Of a stretch of DNA of 64,000 bases, positions 56,311-64,000 are shown in pieces (position 1 is the stretch's first letter; every line of letters begins with the position of its first letter). The translations under genes and the position numbers were made by a program. Source of the stretch: a virus (lineage: Duplodnaviria; Caudoviricetes); IMG/VR virus record IMGVR_UViG_3300031813_000003, positions 64,001 to 128,000 of that record, one strand, 5' to 3'. Below the pieces are notes generated by a model. That model saw nothing but the letters and a program-made list of their open reading frames with translations. It was not told where the DNA came from and ran no database searches.

Positions 56311-56541
56311 ATGATAGATAACGCATCACTTCAGATTGAAGAATTAAAAGTTTTAAGAGGATCATACATAGACGCAATACTTGAGTTTCAGCAAAAGCAT
56401 GAAATCCCCGATATTGAAGACCTCCTAGACATTATCAATCCTATCCTTTATGCAAAAATTGCTCAAGAATTTAAGGACAAAAAGCATTTTGCAAAAGATT
56501 CACCACACTATAAACAAAATAATCTAGAAGACTTATTTTAA
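56311..56541 (+). CDS. 33: late transcription coactivator gp33-like
   Basis: SYIDAILEF..EI.D.E....I.P.L..KI..E; adjacent to 32. Confidence 0.7.
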   Translation: MIDNASLQIEELKVLRGSYIDAILEFQQKHEIPDIEDLLDIINPILYAKIAQEFKDKKHFAKDSPHYKQNNLEDLF

Positions 56542-56560
56542 GAATACTAGTATTTTTCTA

Positions 56561-56568
56561 GATAAATA
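56561..56568 (+). promoter_or_regulatory. late-type promoter upstream of gene 32
   Basis: GATAAATA within ACTAGTATTT/AAATACTAGT inverted repeat. Confidence 0.55.
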
Positions 56569-56650
56569 CTAGTGTAGAACAAATCAACCCTCCCAAAAGG
56601 AGCGGTATATAAAACACCTAAACGGTGTAATTAAAAGGAGAAGTACTATT

Positions 56651-57586
56651 ATGGCAGGTAAATTTCAATTCAGCTGGGACAAAGTAAAAGAAGATATCAA
56701 AACCGCAGACGCAAAAAAGGGTTACCAGAAAGACGAAAGACTCTGGAAACCAACTGTAGATGACAAAGGCAATGCAACCGCAGTAATCCGTTTCCTACCT
56801 GATCCTTCAGGAACTCCATTTGCAAAATACTATACTCATAACTTCGACTATATGGTTAATGGTGTTAAGAAGTACTGGATTAACAACTGTCTAAATACAT
56901 TCGGTTATGACAAAGAATGTCCAATCTGTAAAAAGAATCAAGAGTATTGGAATTCCGCTTTTGACTCTGACAAAGCAATCGCAAGCAAGCGTAAACGCAA
57001 GCTAGTTTTCAAATCTAACATCCTTGTAATCAAGAATCCTGCTAAACCAGAAGATGAAGGTAAAGTATTCCTTTATGAGTACGGGCAGAAGATTTATGAT
57101 AAGATCAAGGACAAAATGTTCCCATCTGACGAAATCAAAGCACTTGGGGAATATGATGAATATGTTCCTTGTGACCTTTATGAAGGTGCAAACTTCACCT
57201 TAATCCAAGTTAAACAAGGTGATTACCCAAACTATGATAAATCATCTTTTGGAAAACAAGGCCCTGTGGGTAAAGAAGCTTTAATTGAAGCGATCATGGG
57301 AAAAGTTTATGATCTTTCTGAATTTATGGCAGAAGATAAATTCCCAAAAAATGAAGAAGTAGTAACTAAACTTGGTGTTCTGCTCGGATTAACTGCAGCC
57401 ACTAAACCAGTTGAGGAAGAACATCGCAATACTCTAGTAGATGATGAACCACTAGATGATATCTCAACAAATATGTTACCAGTAGAAGATGATATTCCAT
57501 TTGATTTTGGTAGCTCTAATTCATCTAAAAGTGCTGAACCTTCTACCACATCAGAAGAAGTAGATTTCTTCAAAAATCTAGTATAA
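56651..57586 (+). CDS. 32: single-stranded DNA-binding protein
   Basis: DERLWKP..D..GN..AVIRFLP, CPIC, NILV, EGKVF, GANF, NYDKS, acidic tail. Confidence 0.93.
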   Translation: MAGKFQFSWDKVKEDIKTADAKKGYQKDERLWKPTVDDKGNATAVIRFLPDPSGTPFAKYYTHNFDYMVNGVKKYWINNCLNTFGYDKECPICKKNQEYWNSAFDSDKAIASKRKRKLVFKSNILVIKNPAKPEDEGKVFLYEYGQKIYDKIKDKMFPSDEIKALGEYDEYVPCDLYEGANFTLIQVKQGDYPNYDKSSFGKQGPVGKEALIEAIMGKVYDLSEFMAEDKFPKNEEVVTKLGVLLGLTAATKPVEEEHRNTLVDDEPLDDISTNMLPVEDDIPFDFGSSNSSKSAEPSTTSEEVDFFKNLV

Positions 57587-57610
57587 CAAACTAATTCACT
57601 GAAGTAACTT

Positions 57611-57645
57611 GACGGATATGGTCTTATGATCATATCCGTTTTTTA
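57611..57645 (+). terminator. intrinsic terminator
   Basis: ACGGATATGGTC / GATCATATCCGT then TTTTT. Confidence 0.8.
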
Positions 57646-57660
57646 TGTTATTTTTAATAC

Positions 57661-57668
57661 TATAAATA
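57661..57668 (+). promoter_or_regulatory. T4 late promoter for baseplate operon
   Basis: Exact TATAAATA. Confidence 0.8.
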
Positions 57669-57697
57669 ATATAAAATATCATAAGAGGATATAGTGA

Positions 57698-58096
57698 ATG
57701 GCAATAACATCACCAATTATATATTATAACGACATATCCAAGATAGGCAAAGACTTTGTTGGTAAACGAGATATATCTCAATTACTTAATGAACAAGCCG
57801 TTCTTGAAGCTGTTAAAAATATCATAATGACTGAACCAGGGGAAAGAGTGATGTTCCCTACGTTTGGATGTAGATTATCAGAGTTTTGTTTTTCACTTCT
57901 TGATCCTGTTTCAATTGTTTCTATTACAACAGAAATTACAAATTCAATTAGAAAATTTGAAGATAGAGTAGATAAGTTGAATATAAATATATCTGAATCT
58001 CCCGACTCAGAATCTATTCAGCTTATATTAGTTTTCAATATGAAAACTTCTAACAATCCACAGACCCTAGTTTTGGATTTAAACAAATTAAGATAA
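57698..58096 (+). CDS. 25: baseplate wedge subunit gp25-like
   Basis: NIIMTEPGERVMFPTFG..L, FEDRV. Confidence 0.88.
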   Translation: MAITSPIIYYNDISKIGKDFVGKRDISQLLNEQAVLEAVKNIIMTEPGERVMFPTFGCRLSEFCFSLLDPVSIVSITTEITNSIRKFEDRVDKLNINISESPDSESIQLILVFNMKTSNNPQTLVLDLNKLR

Positions 58097-58107
58097 GGAA
58101 CAACAAT

Positions 58108-61100
58108 ATGAATTTCGCATTAAATCCAGTAAAATTTGAAGATGTTAGAGGGCAAATTGTTAAATATTTACAAACTAATTCAAATTTCTCAGGACAGTTT
58201 GACTTTACTGCATCTAACATTGGATTAATTATTGATACAATGGCATATGTGACAATGTTAATGGCGTATCAAGTATCAAACACTACAAACAATTTGTTCC
58301 TAGATACAACTACAATAAGAGAAAATGCATTATCAATCACCAAAACAATGGGTTATAGACCACAACGATCTATAGCATCTAAAATTACAGGAACTATTGT
58401 ATATACAGATGCTACAAATGATCTAACAAATCATACAATAAAAATACCAGCATATACAACTTTCATTTCTGATACTGGATATTCATATGTAAATTATAAT
58501 GATATTATTCTTCAATCAATAGATTCACATAATTTATCATCAACTATAGTCCTTTATGAAGGAGTTCTAAAGACTTATACTTATCTAGGGAATGGAAATA
58601 TTTTTCAATCATTCACAATTCCTTCCAGTAAGATCGAAGAAAATCATTTTCAACTTTCAGTAAGAAAGAATAATGAAACTGATGGTACTTCCTGGGATGA
58701 AGTAAAAGCATCATTCAATATGCTAAATATGAATTCTTATTTTGTTGAAGAAGATATTTATAATATTGGATATGTTAAAGTTGTATTCGGTGATGGAACA
58801 ATCACTAATATCCCAGGCAATGATGAAATTGTAGATGTTCAATACTTAGAAACAAATGCTGATATTGCAAATGGTTCAAAATTAGTATCTGCCATTTATA
58901 ATAATCTTCAATTTTCAATTGGATTCCCATCTTATAATGTGAGTAATTTCGCTACATTGTCAAATAATGTAAGTGTGTCTTATGGTGGAACTCCAATAGA
59001 AACTATTGATATTATTAAAGAACGTGCCCCTAAAACATTTGCAACAGTTGGAAGGGCAGTAACCCAAAATGACTTTAATACAATTTTATCATCATACCCG
59101 TATGTACTAAAAGCAAATTCAATTGGTGGAGATAAACTTTACCCTAATGATAAAACAAAACTAGGAAATATTTTCCTAACAGCAATACCAATTCTACAAA
59201 ATATGAATGCGGATTTCTTTAACTCCAATTCTATATACATCAATACAACAGATGAGATTGATATTTTAAACACTCTCAATAGATATAGAATTCTATCTAC
59301 ATATTTAAGTTTCATCAAACCTTCTTACATTTATATTGAAATCTCACCAACTATTGAGATAAAATCAAATGCAAGCCAGATAGAACTTCAAACAATAAAA
59401 TCAAATGTTGATATTGCATTAACAGCATACGCAAGTTCAATGATAGATTTTGCTCCTACTTTCAGAGAAGCAAAAATAAACAGCATAATGTCAGGAATAT
59501 CTGGAATTCTATCTTCTAACTATACATCCCAATATGCATTTGCAATATCAAAAGATAGTATATATTACCCTGATACTAACAATAACTTTATATTGTTACC
59601 AGTAATAATCAAAACAAAAGATGCTTATGGAGATGTTACTGAATATACTAACTTTGTTAAAACCAATATAGAACAAGCTTCAATATTAGACATTGTTGCT
59701 CCTAATGTATTACCAATTCCTAGTAGAACAATATATGGTCAACTATCATCAGGTAACAACATAAAATATATCTATAATGAAGATGTTGTTGTTAATGGTA
59801 AAACAGAAACTTGTGATATAAAAATTGATGGTACTAACTATTTCTTTGATCTTTATAGGTTTGAAACTGATTTGACTAAAAATATCATCACTAATAATAA
59901 ATCATTTATTTTTAATGGTACAACATACCAATTGGTAGTAACACCAACATACTCTGTATCAGGAGCATATTCATATGATTCTTATACTCTATCAGTAAAT
60001 GATGGTACTAGTGTTAAAGTTTTCGGGCAGATAAACAGAGCTTCAAATAGAGAAAATGGATATAAAGGATTAGTGGATAAAGAATCTATTATAACAAGCA
60101 CAAATACAGGAGATTTTTATAAAGCAATACTAAATTTTCCAATCACAGGGTCAGATAAAAATTTTAATTATCTATATGTAGATGATGTTATTATCTACAA
60201 TGGAGCAGCATCAGGATCACCTTGGATGAAAGCAAATCTCAAAGGAACTGTTTCTGCAGTAACCGATAATGATATTCTAAACAAAATAGCCCAAAATTCA
60301 ATTTATTTGATAGCTCCTGGGATGAGTGGAACATTCTATGATTCAATAAATTCTATTAATAGAACTCCATACGTATCAGGTGGGCAACAAATTATGTTTA
60401 ATACCAATCCAAATTCTGGTTATAATTGGACTGTACTATCACATAAATCAACTACTTTTGATGCATCAACTCCAATAGTTAACTCAGTTACACCTTATGA
60501 AATTAAAAAAGTTGTAAACTTAAATTATGGAGAAACTACTACATTTGGAGGTAGAACAAATTCATCAACAAATCTAATAGACGGTGATTTGATATGTTAT
60601 AACCCAATAACAAACCAATGGTTTCTTGTTGGAAATACTTCACCTTCAGGATCAATAAACACATTACCTACTATAAATGCAAATCCTTTGTCAGGGGGAT
60701 CACTTGAAAGCTTCAATTATAGTACTCTATCAATAGGAACCTCTTATCTAGTATATAATATAGGAAATTTTGGTTCTTCAACAAATAGAATAAATTGGCC
60801 CTCTATTGATGATGTTTCTTATGATGGAGATGTTCTAATATATGTAGGGAATGGGATGTGGAATATCTGGCAAGAAAGTCAACCTGATTATTTCAACATT
60901 GATGGAACTATGATTTCTGCATTACCAATCAATATTAATTTTGGTGATACTTTCACAATTTCAATTTCAGGAAATTTCAAATCATCAGATTCTAATGCAT
61001 TGGTGTATAACACAGGAACTCAAATTGTATATACCGGTTCAGGGTCAGGAAACGACTCATGGACTCCATATATCGTTTCTAGCCCTAGTTCAGGACTAAC

Positions 61101-61710
61101 CCCTACCAATGCATCATATTTACCAATTGAAGCGTCTATAGGGGATATGTATACCGTTACAGCCAATGGCTCATTTTCCAATAGCTATATGATTTCACCA
61201 AGGAACGATTCATTCTCCCAAGGGGATGTTATCATATATAATGGAACTCACTATACCAAAGTAAATGAATATTCTTTTCAATATATCAATATTGACAATG
61301 ACATAACTGGTATGGATTTCATCAATAACACATTGAATTTAAATTCTGTATTTCACTATGAATATGATTACAGTACTAGATATTACAGGATGTATTTTAA
61401 TGATATATTTCATGGGGTTACCATTGGATCATTTAGATATACAGGAACTCCTAATACAGAAGTAAGTCTATATGATGTTGGAAAATTGACATTTGAAAGT
61501 AACTTAATTGGATCATATGACTATAATAACATATCTACAACCAAAACAATAAAAGATATTTTTGACGATAATGTAATTAGTAAAATTACATTCTTACCAA
61601 AAAATAAGTTAGACCCATTAGGTAACATCACAAATGAACCTGAAACAAATTTTGAAACTAACTTCAACACATTTATAATTTTGAACCCTAATGCATCACA
61701 GGTACAATAA
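58108..61710 (+). CDS. 6: baseplate wedge protein gp6-like with internal repeat insertion
   Basis: FDF.ASN, FLDT, MGY.P, FGDG, RAVTQND. Confidence 0.85.
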   Translation: MNFALNPVKFEDVRGQIVKYLQTNSNFSGQFDFTASNIGLIIDTMAYVTMLMAYQVSNTTNNLFLDTTTIRENALSITKTMGYRPQRSIASKITGTIVYTDATNDLTNHTIKIPAYTTFISDTGYSYVNYNDIILQSIDSHNLSSTIVLYEGVLKTYTYLGNGNIFQSFTIPSSKIEENHFQLSVRKNNETDGTSWDEVKASFNMLNMNSYFVEEDIYNIGYVKVVFGDGTITNIPGNDEIVDVQYLETNADIANGSKLVSAIYNNLQFSIGFPSYNVSNFATLSNNVSVSYGGTPIETIDIIKERAPKTFATVGRAVTQNDFNTILSSYPYVLKANSIGGDKLYPNDKTKLGNIFLTAIPILQNMNADFFNSNSIYINTTDEIDILNTLNRYRILSTYLSFIKPSYIYIEISPTIEIKSNASQIELQTIKSNVDIALTAYASSMIDFAPTFREAKINSIMSGISGILSSNYTSQYAFAISKDSIYYPDTNNNFILLPVIIKTKDAYGDVTEYTNFVKTNIEQASILDIVAPNVLPIPSRTIYGQLSSGNNIKYIYNEDVVVNGKTETCDIKIDGTNYFFDLYRFETDLTKNIITNNKSFIFNGTTYQLVVTPTYSVSGAYSYDSYTLSVNDGTSVKVFGQINRASNRENGYKGLVDKESIITSTNTGDFYKAILNFPITGSDKNFNYLYVDDVIIYNGAASGSPWMKANLKGTVSAVTDNDILNKIAQNSIYLIAPGMSGTFYDSINSINRTPYVSGGQQIMFNTNPNSGYNWTVLSHKSTTFDASTPIVNSVTPYEIKKVVNLNYGETTTFGGRTNSSTNLIDGDLICYNPITNQWFLVGNTSPSGSINTLPTINANPLSGGSLESFNYSTLSIGTSYLVYNIGNFGSSTNRINWPSIDDVSYDGDVLIYVGNGMWNIWQESQPDYFNIDGTMISALPININFGDTFTISISGNFKSSDSNALVYNTGTQIVYTGSGSGNDSWTPYIVSSPSSGLTPTNASYLPIEASIGDMYTVTANGSFSNSYMISPRNDSFSQGDVIIYNGTHYTKVNEYSFQYINIDNDITGMDFINNTLNLNSVFHYEYDYSTRYYRMYFNDIFHGVTIGSFRYTGTPNTEVSLYDVGKLTFESNLIGSYDYNNISTTKTIKDIFDDNVISKITFLPKNKLDPLGNITNEPETNFETNFNTFIILNPNASQVQ

Positions 61711-61712
61711 TA

Positions 61713-62465
61713 ATGATAATAGATTTTATAACATCTTGTGCATCTATCATAAAAGTAAGTGATTATACTAATGCAAGCAATAATATGCTTTCAAATAATT
61801 ACTCTATAAAAACTACTGAAGATATTCAAGCATTTAACTTATTTGATAGTCCTGTGTCTGCATTGACCTTTACGTTTATATCATCAGAAGTTAAAAATTT
61901 AAAAGAGATTGATCTTGATTTTACAGGGGAAGTAACTGATGTTAAAATAGAAATATCAATAGATTATATAAATTGGTATGAACTTGATTATAAAAATGAT
62001 GATAAATATCTATATAAAAAGATAGGTGATCAATATATAAATCTATCTACATTTGAACCTATGGTTGGTGTTGTACCATATACATTCACTCAATTAAACA
62101 CATTTAGTAATACAGTATCATATATTTACAATCTACTTGAATGGAAGATTTTACGAATAACATTCAATGGAATATCTAACACAGCATATAACCCATTGAC
62201 TATATCAACTTTACAAATTTTAATAGATGATAATATCAGTACTGAAATAGATAGTTTATTGGAAGTTAAATCACCAATGTTTACCAAATCAAAAATTTTT
62301 GAAGAGGATGAAAACTATACATTCATACCCGATATGTTCACAAACTATCTAAAAATGTTAGAGGATAACAACACAGAACCAGATACTATAAACTATGTAA
62401 ATGTAAACTTAAATTTATCTCCAAGTGTATCAGCTAACTCTGATCTTAATACGGTGGTACAATGA
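61713..62465 (+). CDS. probable baseplate/structural protein
   Basis: In late operon; beta-rich composition. Confidence 0.6.
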   Translation: MIIDFITSCASIIKVSDYTNASNNMLSNNYSIKTTEDIQAFNLFDSPVSALTFTFISSEVKNLKEIDLDFTGEVTDVKIEISIDYINWYELDYKNDDKYLYKKIGDQYINLSTFEPMVGVVPYTFTQLNTFSNTVSYIYNLLEWKILRITFNGISNTAYNPLTISTLQILIDDNISTEIDSLLEVKSPMFTKSKIFEEDENYTFIPDMFTNYLKMLEDNNTEPDTINYVNVNLNLSPSVSANSDLNTVVQ

Positions 62466-64000
62466 TTCTATCAATAAATGAAATTATATCAACATCAAGT
62501 GGTATCATTATAACATCCGATGTTCCGGTAAATTCATACATATCACAAAATAATTTTGATTTGGTAATGTACTCAAACCAAAATTATATAAACATTCCTA
62601 TAAATCCATCAGATGTTGTTGTAGATGGTAATACTATAACTATATCAACACCTAGGATAGAAAATACTTTATACTTTTTAAACGCATTTTCAATATCAGG
62701 GGCAGATACATCTAATATAGTCAATAAACAAATTTTCAAATTTTTATCTGGTGATACAGAATCTATAGAAGGTAGTGCATCTGTTAATAATGTATACACA
62801 CAATTAAAGAATATAGGAAATACATTATCAACAGAATACCTACTTAATAATCAAGAAGATTATGTAGTAAAATTCAACCCTACAATATATGATTTTAACC
62901 AACAAAAATATATAGAACAATCAGAAAAAGTTGTTATATACAATAATGAGATAATTTTGAACTCACTAGTAGATCAATATTTCTCAGAGTATAAAACTTT
63001 TTATGAAATAATAAATTCTAATGTGAATATGTATGATCCTGATTACGTTGATAAAATTCATTTAGTTTTTATGAATAACATAGTCAAATGGAGTGCATTG
63101 AAGGGTAATCTTTCATACATTGAAATAATGTTAGGACTATATGCAAAATATACAGGGCAAAACATAATTAGTATAGTTGAAGACCCTGTTGATAACTTCA
63201 TCTATAGAGTTTCCTCATCCGTACCAAAAACTGTTTGGGATTCTCAAATCAAACCCTTTGTACATCCTTTATCATGGAATGTTATATACAATGAAATAAC
63301 ATCAAACACTAGTCCTGTTTACTATCAATTAATAGACTTAAAAAGACAAATAAGAGAAAACTGGAATCTAGCAAATATATCATATCTTGATGCACAAAAA
63401 TATTCAGATACTCCATTACAACACTATAGAAAGTTAAAATCTATATATCATAGTTCTGGAAACATAGAACCCTATAATGTATCAACTTATGAAAATATTT
63501 CAGATAGAAGTACAACATTACAAAATACTAGAGACGAATCAACATTCAACCAAAATTTCGGTGGTTTTATTGCAGGGCAATCATATGTAAATCAACATGT
63601 AGTACTAGGGATGTATAAAGAGTTAAAAGATAAAACAAAGATAAAATTCACATTTGATAGGCTAAATGGAAATGTTACTCTAGATTTTGGGTTAACAGGA
63701 GTTGCTGATAAGTATATTTACGAATTTTACAATGATAATACTTTGTATAAAGTTGTTCAATCAGCATTAAGCATACTAACAACTCCTATGAATTTTAATG
63801 ATGTTATTTTATTGAAATTAGTAAAAGATGATTGGGAACAGTATGTTTGTAAAATAGATCAATCTGCATTTATAAGGTATAAAGGTGCTATATTATCAGG
63901 AATTTCTAATATAAGTGGAAATAAATATATAAACATCACAAGTGGTACTAATAAGAAAGATTATCAACATTATGTATATAATGGCATGTCAGTTGTAAAT
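62462..64000 (+). CDS. baseplate wedge gp7-like protein (runs off right edge)
   Basis: Coupled ATGA; frame read in part: ..LKGNLSYIE..YRVSSS..W...IKPFVHP. Confidence 0.55.
   Translation, partial: MILSINEIISTSSGIIITSDVPVNSYISQNNFDLVMYSNQNYINIPINPSDVVVDGNTITISTPRIENTLYFLNAFSISGADTSNIVNKQIFKFLSGDTESIEGSASVNNVYTQLKNIGNTLSTEYLLNNQEDYVVKFNPTIYDFNQQKYIEQSEKVVIYNNEIILNSLVDQYFSEYKTFYEIINSNVNMYDPDYVDKIHLVFMNNIVKWSALKGNLSYIEIMLGLYAKYTGQNIISIVEDPVDNFIYRVSSSVPKTVWDSQIKPFVHPLSWNVIYNEITSNTSPVYYQLIDLKRQIRENWNLANISYLDAQKYSDTPLQHYRKLKSIYHSSGNIEPYNVSTYENISDRSTTLQNTRDESTFNQNFGGFIAGQSYVNQHVVLGMYKELKDKTKIKFTFDRLNGNVTLDFGLTGVADKYIYEFYNDNTLYKVVQSALSILTTPMNFNDVILLKLVKDDWEQYVCKIDQSAFIRYKGAILSGISNISGNKYINITSGTNKKDYQHYVYNGMSVVN

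Overview
AT-rich 64-kb segment of a large T4-like (myovirus) phage genome, almost all coded on the + strand. The T4-type core comprises late sigma gp55, gp47/gp46, UvsX, gp41 helicase, RNase H, gp61 primase, gp43 DNA polymerase, a Dda/RecD-like helicase, gp33, gp32 and baseplate gp25/gp6/gp7-like genes. Nucleotide metabolism genes are thyX and class II B12-dependent nrdJ. Two accessory early regions (about 8.7-25.6 kb and 40.4-50.7 kb) are punctuated by repeated sigma70-type promoter cassettes, many carrying an anti-Shine-Dalgarno arm inside the promoter spacer. Accessory functions include a WGR-PARP, a macro-like protein, a Mesh1/SAH-like HD hydrolase, an RNA/tRNA repair set (Rnl1, CCA enzyme, RlaP-like NTase, P-loop kinase), a CoaD-kinase fusion, ClpP, a radical SAM enzyme and two glycosyltransferases. 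The five credible minus-strand genes (2 GIY-YIG, 2 HNH, 1 probable internal head protein) all sit behind T4 late-promoter motifs. The least explained signals are: (i) a ~170-nt structured, K-turn-containing ncRNA candidate beside two paralogous SH3/Sm-like genes; (ii) a complete sigma54-type promoter architecture (palindromes, IHF site, -24/-12) driving a secreted Lys/Ala-rich peptide; (iii) promoter/anti-SD hairpin cassettes; (iv) a Zn-finger/OB-fold gene split into two separately promoted halves. No tRNA, rRNA or CRISPR array was recognised. All assignments come from motif reading by eye; no searches were run.
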